Part shown: piece by piece, positions 36,661-49,241 of the stretch
How the letters are laid out: every line of letters begins with the position of its first letter
How positions within the stretch are numbered: the first letter of the stretch is position 1
Assembly: GCA_002269645.1 (NCBI GenBank)
Contig: NIVC01000894.1
Location: forward strand, 310,001-374,000
DNA: 64,000 bases
Direction: 5' to 3'
DNA from: Macrostomum lignano
Taxonomy: Eukaryota
Notes under the pieces: generated by a model
What the model saw: only the letters and a program-made list of their open reading frames with translations
Databases searched by the model: none
What the model was told of the DNA's origin: nothing
Translations under genes and position numbers: made by a program

Positions 36661-37904
36661 ATTTTTGCCAGTCTATTGAGGGTCACGGCCCCCTAACTGC
36701 TACCTTGGCATGATGGCATCAGTTCAGAAGATATCCCTTTTATTAAAAGTTATGTAATGCTACAAAAGCATTGTATCAATATATGTAGCATTATTAGTTA
36801 TCAATCTTACTCTATGATTACGAGCGTATTTACTGATACAGGTTCCATCAAAGTAGAAAAATACCGCGGTAATTCAGCGGCTTTTATCCATTAATACTTT
36901 GGAGCAGCGGCCCAATGAGCAAAGCCTTTTGCCAATGAGCTAAAACTGCAAGTGGGGCGTGGCTCCCAGTCAATAAATCGAATATATCCTAGTTGCATAT
37001 TTTTCTGCTTAGACATGCTAAGACATGTCAGTGTTTTATCATTGTCAACATGCTATCCCTGTTACTATTACTGTTTCTCCATGCCATTGACATGTCAGAA
37101 TGGAGCGCCATTTGGCTAGCTCCTTTGATCCCATTGTCCGAAAGGCTTTTCAATCGATGCATTCCTTCGCGTTCGAGTGACTGAAAAAGCAACAGTCCTA
37201 AAGTTCAAATTGCTCTGTGCCTCCCCTACACTGCAGCATTTACACAACTTCTCGCAAGTTTCCCTATGATACATAGCTTGTATTCAATCGGACAGTTGCC
37301 TGTCCCAATGAAAACGGTACCTACATGTAGGCCAAGAAACGTCCCAGTCACTTGCATCGCCCCGGAGTCGTTTCAGAGTCGTTGCATGTAACACAGGTAA
37401 AATAGAAAGGAAGGCCGGTGATTCTAGACGACCCTAAAACGACGATCTGTCACGATAAAAGTCACCAAAAGTCTTCTGAGACGTGCTGGAGTCGCTTTAG
37501 AATCACTGAGTTGCGTCTATAAAGCGCATCTGCGTCTCACTTTATGAATTAGAGTCGCATTTTGCATTTATAACAACTCTATTTAGTCTACTTGAGTTAG
37601 TAGAAAGTTAAGCGCAAACAGATCGACACTTGGACGACTTTTTCGCGATTGTTTAAGATTTTGCAACTCACGTGATGCGATTGGGACTCAAAATTGGCCT
37701 CTCCGTCGCATTAAAAGGCACAAAATCGGCCCCAGAGTCGCCAGAGTCACTGATGAGTTTTTTGCAATGACTTATCAGCGATTCTTGTCACGGTAACGTT
37801 TTCCACCGGGTATGGCAAATGCTTCTAATTGCAACACCCATCGCATATTAAAGATATAACATTTTCAGCTACATTTTCAAGTGCTACGAGCATTTTAGAC
37901 ACAA

Positions 37905-39961
37905 CTAGCAATCTACGCCCCCCGTTGGGGAGCCAAAGAAATGCAATACACGTTTTTTTAATAAGCTACATGTATCCTTGAAATCTTAAAAAATCTCCTG
38001 TCAAACCTTGTAAGCCTTGACATGTCAGTTATCCCCCCACAAGCTTTAACATATCAACTTCCCCCCTTGACATCTCAGCAATGCCCCCAATAAGCCTTGG
38101 AAATCTAAAAATATCTGTCAACCTTCTAACCCTAACCCTAGCCTAACCCTAACCCTAACCCTAACCCTAACCCTAACCCTAACCTAACCCTAAAGCATTG
38201 AAATTTCAGTAATTCTCTCTAAGAGTCATTATAGCACTACTACAGCATTATAGCGATTCCTTGCAAGCCTCAACATCGTAGGGATTCCCAAATGAATCTC
38301 TTAACTTCGACATGAAGCTTCTTTTATTTTTTACATTACGTTTTTTTATCAGCGATCCCTCCCCTGAGGAGGCATCAAATAATGTAATAAAAAGTTTTCA
38401 ATAAACTACATGTAGCTTCTGACTTTAGCTTTGAAATCTCATTTATACCCCCGTGAGCCTTGACATCTCAGCTATTCCCCCGTAAGCCTTGACATGTCAG
38501 CAATGGCCCCCATAAACCTTGAAATCTAAAAAATCCCCTGTTAACCTTGAAACCCGATAAAATATAACCCTCAACCCACACCTGACCTAAACCTTACTTT
38601 AACCCAACCTAAAGCCTTGAAATCTCAGCAATTCTTCTCCCCTAAGCCTTGACATTTTAGTGATTCTTTCTTTAAGAATCACAGCACTATAACGATTTCC
38701 ACCAAGCTTTGACATCGTAGCAATTCCCAAATGAATCTTTTAACTTCGACATGACTTTTCTTTTATGTATACATAGTGCTACTTTTATTTTTTACATGAC
38801 TTTTCTTCTATCAGCGCCCCCCCCCGTGACGAGCCAACAAAGAATGCAATAAAAAATGGAGTAAAGTACATGAACTTTGAAGTAGCTTCTGACTTTTGCT
38901 TTGACATCTCAGAAACCCCCCCCCGTAATCTCAGTTATTTTCTGAGAGCCTTTACGTCTCAGTTTTTCTCCCCAGCACAGCACTATAATTGCATTTAATT
39001 TTTACATGACACCTTCATGTCTGACATGACGTTTCTTTTATTCTACCGTGACGCTTCTTAATTTTTTAAATGACACTTTCATTAGTTTTAAATGAGGCTT
39101 CTATGATTTTTTCTTGACGCTTCTATGATTTTTACATGACGCTTCTATGATTTTTATATGACGCTTCTACGATTTTTTACATGACGCTTCTATGATTGTT
39201 TACATGACGCTTCTATGATTGTTTACATGACGCTTCTATGATTTTTTAAATGATGCTTCTATGATTTTGTAAATGACGCTTCTATGATTTTTTAAATGAT
39301 GCTTCTATGATTTTGTAAATGACGCTTCTATGATTTTTACATGACGCTTCTTTTTAAAAAGTCTTTTAGTTTTCCTGACGTTGAAAAGCTTTAATTAAAA
39401 AAATTATACTCTATGAAAATTCAAACCATCGTCACTGCATTTAGCAGTTCAGGTTGTTCACCTTTAGGCTAGCTCTCATCGTTTTGATAACATCAACTTT
39501 TGCACTTATATAACTCAACACTTTCAAATCCAAGCATAGAGTAAATCACACGAAGCAGTTATGACATAATCAGTTTCTCAGTCAGTCAGTATCAGTTAAC
39601 AATATGGTTACGCAATTTAAATCAAGTCTGGTGCTACGCTTCCACACTGCATTTTCAATTCAAGTCGGAGTTACAATTCAGTTATGATGCAATATATTTC
39701 AGAGTCAGAATTCAACCAGTCAGTTTTTTCTCTAGCATTCTTACAATGCATTTCAAGTCAAAAAGTTTGCTTGACCTTTGCAAAAAAGCATGTTTTTCGA
39801 ATATTTAATGCCTTTAGCATCGAGCAATTTCTTAGCCACGATGCATGTACCGTCACGGGAAAATTTCTGATCGAACAGTGCAAGTTCGAACAAAATCGGT
39901 CCAGCCATTTTTTCTCTAATCTATCACATATATATAGACATCACATTTTTAGTATATAGGA
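37905..39961 (-). mobile_element. Non-autonomous Helitron-like element H1 (family 1)
   Basis: 5' TCCTATATACTAAAA; 3' GC hairpin CTCCCCAACGGGGG then GTAGATTG-CTAG followed by T. Confidence 0.78.
38126..38192 (-). repeat. Interstitial (TTAGGG)n tract (others at 40541-40573, 49466-49526, 52548-52609 on -; 55601-55623, 56776-56799, 58137-58166, 60462-60491 on +)
   Basis: Direct reading of CCCTAA / TTAGGG runs at a fixed position in each element. Confidence 0.92.
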
Positions 39962-41539
39962 CTAGCTAAAGTTTTGCCCCCCTTCGGGGAGCAGAAATAA
40001 TTAATATTCGTCTAATATAATATACCTTTTAGCAGGAGTACTTTAAGTGTTTTTCTTAAGCTTAAGCTTAAAATAGGAATTTTTGGAGATCGTTAATAAC
40101 GCATTTTAGGTAAAACAAAACTATCAACTTTTTACAGTTTTTAGTTTAGAGCCCTGTATATGTCAACGTGTTTGATAAAAATTATTTTTATCATTTTTGA
40201 TAAAAAATGGCCTTCGGGTGGCCAATAAGCAAGGGACGAATCCTTTTAAATGAAAAAAAATTCTTAGGGAGGGGGGCTAGGAATCGAATTCTCATTTTAA
40301 TTCCAGGCTTATGTACCAATAAAACATGTTTGTGCAGAATTTTATAACAGACATTGAAATTCAACCATACTTGCCTTCTTTCAGAGCTACTTCTACCAGT
40401 ATGCTTCAGTACGCTACCAGTACCCTTGTAAGCCTTGACATGTCAGCAATCCCCCCCACAAGCCTTAACATATCAACTCCCCCTTGACATCTCAGCAATG
40501 CTCCCACAAGCCTTGAAATCTTAAAAAATCTGTCTATTTTCTAACCCTAACCCTAACCCTAACCCTAACCCTAAAGCATTGAAATTTCAGTAATTCTCTC
40601 TAAGAGTCTATAGCACTACTACAGCATTATAGCGATTCCCTGCAAGCCTCGACATCGTAGGGATTCCCAAATGAATCTCTTAACTTTGACATGAAGCTTC
40701 TTTTTTTTACATTACGCTTTTTCTATCAGCGATCCCTCCCGTGAGGAGCCAACAAATAATGTAATAACTTTTTTCCAATAAACTACATGTAGCTTCTGAC
40801 ATTAGCCTTGACATCTCATTTATTCCCCCGTGAGCCTTGACATCTCAGCTATAGATAGATAGATAGATAGATTCCCCTCGTAAGCCTTGACATGTCAGCG
40901 ATGCCCCCCATAAACCTTGAAATCTAAAAAATCCCCTGTTAACCTTGAAACGCGCTAAAATCTAACCCTCAACCCAAACCTGACGTAAACCTAACTTTCA
41001 CCCAACCTAAAGCCTTGAAATCACAGCAATTCTTCTTCCCTAAGCCTTGGCATTTAAGTGATTCCTTCTTTAAGAATCACAGCACTATAACGATTCCCTC
41101 CAAGCTTTGACATCGTAGCAATTCCCAAATGAATCTTTTAACTTTGACATGACTTTTATTTTATGTATACATAGTGCTCCTTTTATTTTTACATGACTCT
41201 TCTTCTATCAGCGCCCCCCCCACCGTGGCAAGCCAACAAAGAATGCAATAAAAAACTTAAGTAAAGTACATGTACTTTGAAGTAGCTTCTGACTTTTGCT
41301 TTAACATCTCAGAAACCCCCCTGTAATCTCAGTTATTCTCTGTGAGCCTTGACGTCTCAGTAATTCTCCCCAGCACAGCACTGTACTATAGCTTCATTTA
41401 ATTTTTATATGACATTTCTTCATGTCTGACATGACGCTTCTTTTGATTTTTACGTTACGCTTCTTTTATTCTTCCATGATGCTTCTTAATTTTTTAAATG
41501 ACACACTTTCATTAGTTTTTATATGAGGCTTCTATAATT

Positions 41540-42420
41540 TTTTCATGACGCTTCTATGCTTGTTTACATGACGCTTGTATGATTTTTACATGACGCTTCT
41601 ATGATTGTTTACATGACGCTTGTATGATTGTTTACATGACGCTTCTATGATTTTTTACATGACGCTTTTATGATTTTTACATGACGCTTCTATGATTTTT
41701 TACATGACGCTTCTATGATTTTTACATGACGCTTCTATGATTTTTACATGACGCTTCTATGATTGTTTACATGACGCTTCTATGATTGTATACATGACGC
41801 TTCTATGATTGTTTACATGACGCTTCTATGATTGTATACATGACGCTTCTATGATTGTTTACATGACGCTTTTATGATTGTTTACATGACGCTTCTATGA
41901 TTTTTACATGACGCTTCTATGATTTTTACATGACGCTTCTATGATTGTTTACATGACGCTTCTATGATTGTTTACATGACGCTTCTATGATTTTAACATG
42001 ACGCTTCTATGATTTTTTTACATGACGCTTCTATGATTGTTTACATGACGCTTGTATGATTGTTTACATGACGCTTGTATGATTTTAACATGACGCTTCT
42101 ATGATTGTTTACATTACGCTTCTATGATTGCTTGCATGACGCTTCTATGATTTTTTATGACGCTTTTATGATTTTAACATGACGCTTCTATGATTTTTTT
42201 ACATGACGCTTCTATGATTGTTTACATGACGCTTGTATGATTGTTTACATGACGCTTTTATGATTTTAACATGACGCTTCTATGATTGTTTACATTACGC
42301 TTCTATGATTTTTACATGACGCTTCTATGATTTTTACATGACGCTTCTATGATTGTTTACATGACGCTTCTATGATTGTTTACATGACGCTTGTATGATT
42401 GTTTACATGACGCTTCCATA
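41540..42420 (+). repeat. 23-bp satellite TGACGCTTCTATGATTGTTTACA (also about 39100-39350, 50450-51710, 53530-54630)
   Basis: Period 23; copy number differs among the four host elements. Confidence 0.95.
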
Positions 42421-42819
42421 ATTTTTTTTGTCTTGGCGTTAAAAGGCTTTAATTAAAAAACTCTACTCTCTAAAAATTCGAACCATCGTCCCTGCATTTA
42501 GCAGTTTAGTCTGTTTACCTCTAGGCTAGCTCTCATGAATTTTAGTCATTACCCCTAAATAGAAAATATTCCCAAGACAGCAAGCATCCCCCCAGTAGCA
42601 AGCATCCCCTAATACTCCTAGCAAGCATCCACCCAGATAGCAAGCATCTGCAGATAGCAAGCATCTTGCAGATAGCAAGCATCTTGCAGATAGCAAGCAT
42701 ACCCCAAATAATGTAGAAGCATCCTTCCAGATAGCAAGCATCCTGCACATAGCAAGAATCCCTAAATAGCAAGCATCCCTGGATAGAAATAATCCTATAC
42801 ATGTAGCCAAGCTTATCAA

Positions 42820-45800
42820 GCGCAGTAATCCTTGGCTATCGAGTGCAGTAATCCTTGGTTTATTAATAGCAACAATCCATGGCTTATCGAGTGCAGTAAT
42901 CCTTGGTTTATTAATAGCAATAATCCTTGGCTTATCGAGTGCAGTAATTCATGGTTTATTAATAGCAATAATCCTTGGCTTATCGAGTGCAGTAATCCTT
43001 GGTTTATTAATAGCAATAATCCATGCCTTATCGAGTGCAGTAATCCTTGGTTTATTAATAGCAATAATCCTTGGCTTATCGAGTGCAGTAATCCTTGGTT
43101 TATTAATAGCAATAATCCATGGCTTATCGAGTGCAGTAATCCTTGGTTTGCCAAGAGCAATAGTCCTTGGCTTATCGAGTGCAGTAATCCTTGGTTTGCC
43201 AAGAGCAATAGTCCTTGGTTTATTGAGTGCAGTAATCCTTGGTTTATTAATAGCAATAGTCCTTGGTTTATTGAGTGCAGTAATCCTTGGTTTATTAATA
43301 GCAATAATCCTTGGCTTATCGAGTGCAGTAATCCTTGGTTTGCCAAGTGCATAATCCTTGGTTTATCGAGTGCAGTAATCCTTGGTTTATTAATAGCAAT
43401 AATCCTTGGCTTATCGAGTGCAGTAATCCTTGGTTTATTAATAGCAATAATCCATGGCTTATCGAGTGCAGTAATCCTTGGTTTGCCAAGAGCAATAGTC
43501 CTTGGCTTATCGAGTGCAGTAATCCTTGGTTTGCCAAGAGCAATAGTCCTTGGTTTATTGAGTGCAGTAATCCTTGGTTTGCCAAGAGCAATAGTCCTTG
43601 GTTTATTGAGTGCAGTAATCCTTGGTTTATTAATAGCAATAGTCCTTGGTTTATTGAGTGCAGTAATCCTTGGTTTATTAATAGCAATAATCCTTGGCTT
43701 ATCGAGTGCAGTAATCCTTGGTTTGCCAAGTGCATAATCCTTGGTTTATCGAGTGCAGTAATCCTTGGTTTATTAATAGCAATAATCCTTGGCTTATCGA
43801 GTGCAGTAATCCTTGGTTTATTAATAGCAATAATCCATGGCTTATCGAGTGCAGTAATCCTTGGTTTATTAATAGCAATAATCCTTGGCTTATCGAGTGC
43901 AGTAATCCTTGGTTTGCCAAGTGCATAATCCTTGGTTTATTAATAGCAATAATCCTTGGTTTATCGAGTGCAGTAATCCTTGGTTTATTAATAGCAATAA
44001 TCCTTGGCTTATCGAGTGCAGTAATCCTTGGTTTATTAATAGCAATAATCCATGGCTTATCGAGTGCAGTAATCCTTGGTTTGCCAAGAGCAATAGTCCT
44101 TGGCTTATCGAGTTCAGTAATCCTTGGTTTGCCAAGAGCAATAGTCCTTGGTTTATTGAGTGCAGTAATCCTTGGTTTGCCAAGAGCAATAGTCCTTGGT
44201 TTATTGAGTGCAGTAATCCTTGGTTTATTAATAGCAATAGTCCTTGGTTTATTGAGTGCAGTAATCCTTGGTTTATTAATAGCAATAATCCTTGGCTTAT
44301 CGAGTGCAGTAATCCTTGGTTTGCCAAGTGCATAATCCTTGGTTTATCGAGTGCAGTAATCCTTGGTTTATTAATAGCAATAATCCTTGGCTTATCGAGT
44401 GCAGTAATCCTTGGTTTATTAATAGCAATAATCCATGGCTTATCGAGTGCAGTAATCCTTGGTTTATTAATAGCAATAATCCTTGGCTTATCGAGTGCAG
44501 TAATCCTTGGTTTGCCAAGTGCATAATCCTTGGTTTATTAATAGCAATAATCCTTGGTTTATCGAGTGCAGTAATCCTTGGTTTATTAATAGCAATAATC
44601 CTTGGCTTATCGAGTGCAGTAATCCTTGGTTTATTAATAGCAATAATCCATGGCTTATCGAGTGCAGTAATCCTTGGTTTGCCAAGAGCAATAGTCCTTG
44701 GCTTATCGAGTGCAGTAATCCTTGGTTTGCCAAGAGCAATAGTCCTTGGTTTATTGAGTGCAGTAATCCTTGGTTTATTAATAGCAATAGTCCTTGGTTT
44801 ATTGAGTGCAGTAATCCTTGGTTTATTAATAGCAATAATCCTTGGCTTATCGAGTGCAGTAATCCTTGGTTTGCCAAGTGCATAATCCTTGGTTTATCGA
44901 GTGCAGTAATCCTTGGTTTATTAATAGCAATAATCCTTGGCTTATCGAGTGCAGTAATCCTTGGTTTATTAATAGCAATAATCCATGGCTTATCGAGTGC
45001 AGTAATCCTTGGTTTGCCAAGAGCAATAGTCCTTGGCTTATCGAGTGCAGTAATCCTTGGTTTGCCAAGAGCAATAGTCCTTGGTTTATTGAGTGCAGTA
45101 ATCCTTGGTTTGCCAAGAGCAATAGTCCTTGGTTTATTGAGTGCAGTAATCCTTGGTTTATTAATAGCAATAGTCCTTGGTTTATTGAGTGCAGTAATCC
45201 TTGGTTTATTAATAGCAATAATCCTTGGCTTATCGAGTGCAGTAATCCTTGGTTTGCCAAGTGCATAATCCTTGGTTTATCGAGTGCAGTAATCCTTGGT
45301 TTATTAATAGCAATAATCCTTGGCTTATCGAGTGCAGTAATCCTTGGTTTATTAATAGCAATAATCCATGGCTTATCGAGTGCAGTAATCCTTGGTTTGC
45401 CAAGAGCAATAGTCCTTGGCTTATCGAGTGCAGTAATCCTTGGTTTGCCAAGAGCAATAGTCCTTGGTTTATTGAGTGCAGTAATCCTTGGTTTATTAAT
45501 AGCAATAGTCCTTGGTTTATTGAGTGCAGTAATCCTTGGTTTATTAATAGCAATAATCCTTGGCTTATCGAGTGCAGTAATCCTTGGTTTGCCAAGTGCA
45601 TAATCCTTGGTTTATTAATAGCAATAATCCTTGGTTTATCGAGTGCAGTAATCCTTGGTTTATTAATAGCAATAATCCTTGGCTTATCGAGTGCAGTAAT
45701 CCTTGGTTTATTAATAGCAATAATCCATGGCTTATCGAGTGCAGTAATCCTTGGTTTATTAATAGCAATAATCCTTGGCTTATCGAGTGCAGTAATCCTT

Positions 45801-48570
45801 GGTTTGCCAAGTGCATAATCCTTGGTTTATTAATAGCAATAATCCTTGGTTTATCGAGTGCAGTAATCCTTGGTTTATTAATAGCAATAATCCTTGGCTT
45901 ATCGAGTGCAGTAATCCTTGGTTTATTAATAGCAATAATCCATGGCTTATCGAGTGCAGTAATCCTTGGTTTGCCAAGAGCAATAGTCCTTGGCTTATCG
46001 AGTGCAGTAATCCTTGGTTTGCCAAGAGCAATAGTCCTTGGTTTATTGAGTGCAGTAATCCTTGGTTTATTAATAGCAATAGTCCTTGGTTTATTGAGTG
46101 CAGTAATCCTTGGTTTATTAATAGCAATAATCCTTGGCTTATCGAGTGCAGTAATCCTTGGTTTGCCAAGTGCATAATCCTTGGTTTATTGAGTGCAGTA
46201 ATCCTTGGTTTATTAATAGCAATAATCCTTGGCTTATCGAGTGCAGTAATCCTTCGTTTATTAATAGCAATAATCCATGGCTTATCGAGTGCAGTAATCC
46301 TTGGTTTGCCAAGAGCAATAGTCCTTGGTTTATTGAGTGCAGTAATCCTTGGTTTGCCAAGAGCAATAGTCCTTGGTTTATTGAGTGCAGTAATCCTTGG
46401 TTTATTAATAGCAATAGTCCTTGGTTTATTGAGTGCAGTAATCCTTGGTTTATTAATAGCAATAATCCTTGGCTTATCGAGTGCAGTAATCCTTGGTTTG
46501 CCAAGTGCATAATCCTTGGTTTATTAATAGCAATAATCCTTGGCTTATCGAGTGCAGTAATCCTTGGTTTATTAATAGCAATAATCCTTGGTTTATCGAG
46601 TGCAGTAATCCTTGGTTTATTAATAGCAATAATCCTTGGCTTATCGAGTGCAGTAATCCTTGGTTTATTAATAGCAATAATCCATGCCTTATCGAGTGCA
46701 GTAATCCTTGGTTTATTAATAGCAATAATCCTTGGCTTATCGAGTGCAGTAATCCTTGGTTTATTAATAGCAATAATCCATGGCTTATGAGTGCAGTAAT
46801 CCTTGGTTTATTAATAGCAATAATCCTTGGCTTATCGAGTGCAGTAATCCTTGGTTTATTAATAGCAATAATCCATGGCTTATCGAGTGCAGTAATCCTT
46901 GGTTTGCCAAGAGCAATAATCCTTGGCTTATCGAGTGCAGTATTCCTTGGTTTGCCAAGTGCATAATCCTTGGTTTATTAATAGCAATAATCCTTGGTTT
47001 ATCGAGTGCAGTAATCCTTAGTTTATTAATAGCAATAATCCTTGGCTTATCGAGTGCAGTAATCCTTGATTTATTAATAGCAATAATCCATGGCTTATCG
47101 AGTGCAGTAATCCTTGGTTGCCAAGAGCAATAGTCCTTGGCTTATCGAGTGCAGTAATCCTTGGTTTGCCAAGAGCAATAGTCCTTGGTTTATTGAGTGC
47201 AGTAATCCTTGGTTTATTAATAGCAATAATCCTTGGTTTATCGAGTGCAGTAATCCTTGGTTTATTAATAGCAATAATCCTTGGCTTATCGAGTGCAGTA
47301 ATCCTTGGTTTATTAATAGCAATAATCCATGGCTTATGAGTGCAGTAATCCTTGGTTTATTAATAGCAATAATCCTTGGCTTATCGAGTGCAGTAATCCT
47401 TGGTTTATTAATAGCAATAATCCATGGCTTATCGAGTGCAGTAATCCTTGGTTTGCCAAGAGCAATAATCCTTGGCTTATCGAGTGCAGTAATCCTTGGT
47501 TTATTAATAGCAATAGTCTTTGGTTTATTGAGTGCAGTAATCCTTGGTTTATTAATAGCAATAATCCTTGGCTTATCGAGTGCAGTAATCCTTGGTTTGC
47601 CAAGTGCATAATCCTTGGTTTATCGAGTGCAGTAATCCTTGGTTTATTAATAGCAATAATCCTTGGCTTATCGAGTGCAGTAATCCTTGGTTTATTAATA
47701 GCAATAATCTATGGCTTATCGAGTGCAGTAATCCTTGGTTTGCCAAGAGCAATAGTCCTTGGTTTATTGAGTGCAGTAATCCTTGGTTTGCCAAGAGCAA
47801 TAGTCCTTGGTTTATTGAGTGCAGTAATCCTTGGTTTATTAATAGCAATAGTCCTTGGTTTATTGAGTGCAGTAATCCTTGGTTTATTAATAGCAATAAT
47901 CCTTGGCTTATCGAGTGCAGTAATCCTTGGTTTGCCAAGTGCATAATCCTTGGTTTATTAATAGCAATAATCCTTGGCTTATCGAGTGCAGTAATCCTTG
48001 GTTTATTAATAGCAATAATCCTTGGTTTATCGAGTGCAGTAATCCTTGGTTTATTAATAGCAATAATCCTTGGCTTATCGAGTGCAGTAATCCTTGGTTT
48101 AATCATAGCAATAATCCATGCCTTATCGAGTGCAGTAATCCTTGGTTTATTAATAGCAATAATCCTTGGCTTATCGAGTGCAGTAATCCTTGGTTTATTA
48201 ATAGCAATAATCCATGGCTTATGAGTGCAGTAATCCTTGGTTTATTAATAGCAATAATCCTTGGCTTATCGAGTGCAGTAATCCTTGGTTTATTAATAGC
48301 AATAATCCATGGCTTATCGAGTGCAGTAATCCTTGGTTTGCCAAGAGCAATAATCCTTGGCTTATCGAGTGCAGTAATCCTTGGTTTATTAATAGCAATA
48401 ATCCATGGCTTATCGAGTGCAGTAATCCTTGGTTTGCCAAGAGCAATAATCCTTGGCTTATCGAGTGCAGTAATCCTTGGTTTGCCAAGAGCAATAATCC
48501 TTGGCTTATCGAGTGCAGTATTCCTTGGTTTGCCAAGAGCAATAATCCTTAGCTTATCGAGTGCAGTAAT
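42820..48570 (+). repeat. 5.7-kb satellite of 24-bp monomers forming 48-bp dimers and higher-order repeats
   Basis: Monomers TTATCGAGTGCAGTAATCCTTGGT, TTATTAATAGCAATAATCCTTGGC, TTGCCAAGAGCAATAGTCCTTGGT and a 23-bp variant TTGCCAAGTGCATAATCCTTGGT. Confidence 0.97.
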
Positions 48571-49241
48571 CTAAGTGTTTTTATTTAGTCCTTTAAAATA
48601 AAAGCTTTTAATAAAAAATTTTACACTACTACTTTTAAACTACTTAGATTCGAACCAAGGTCGCTGCATTGGCAGTCTGGTCTGCTCAGCTCTAGGCTAG
48701 CTCTCATCGAAGTTATCAGTGAATTTGTACCACTTATATAATTCAACACTCACACCAAGTCAGGTAGAGTAAAAAGTCACGCGAAGCAGTTATGACATAA
48801 TCAATTTCTTAGGCAAGTCAGTACCAGTGTCTATGAAAGTTAACAATATGGTTACGTAATATAAATTCAGTACTGCACTATACTTTCACCCTCAAAGCTG
48901 TGACGCAATTCAATTGAGTGTCAAATTCAGCCAGTACACAGACGATAAATAAAGTGTATTGTGATGCAATCTATTTCAGAATCAGAATTCAACCAGTCAG
49001 TTTTTCTGCTAGCATTCTTACAGTGCGTTTCAAGTCGAAATAGCTGCTTGACCTTTGCAAAAAAGCATGTTTTTCGAATATTTAATCCCTTTAAAATTGA
49101 GCAATTTCTTAGCCAAGATGCATGTACCGTCCCGGGAAAATTTCTGATCGAATGGTGCAAGTTTGAAGAAAATCGGTTGAGCCGTTCGGAGAAAATCAAT
49201 TACAAGCAAGCAACCAAGCATTTCATTTTTAGTATATTAGA

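Larger units (their letters stand above)
39962..49241 (-). mobile_element. Compound Helitron-like element H2 (9.3 kb) with two satellite modules
   Basis: 5' TCTAATATACTAAAAATG at 49241; 3' hairpin CTCCCCGAAGGGGG..CTAG at 39962 abutting the TC of H1. Contains a family 1 body, a 23-bp array, an 18-bp array and a 24/48-bp array. Confidence 0.68.

Noticed and set aside
38126-38192. True chromosome end
   Set aside because: Tracts are short, internal and repeated at a fixed site in mobile elements.
42816-48574. Dozens of long ORFs (ILGLSSAV / ECSNPWFI / NQGLLHSI repeats)
   Set aside because: Artefact of a 24-bp monomer (multiple of 3); overlapping frames are open on both strands and periodically broken by the 23-bp variant.
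48640-48705. Functional tRNA gene
   Set aside because: A and B boxes are present but acceptor and anticodon stems do not pair convincingly; treated as tRNA-derived cassette. The A-box-like sequence near 27205 lacks a B box.
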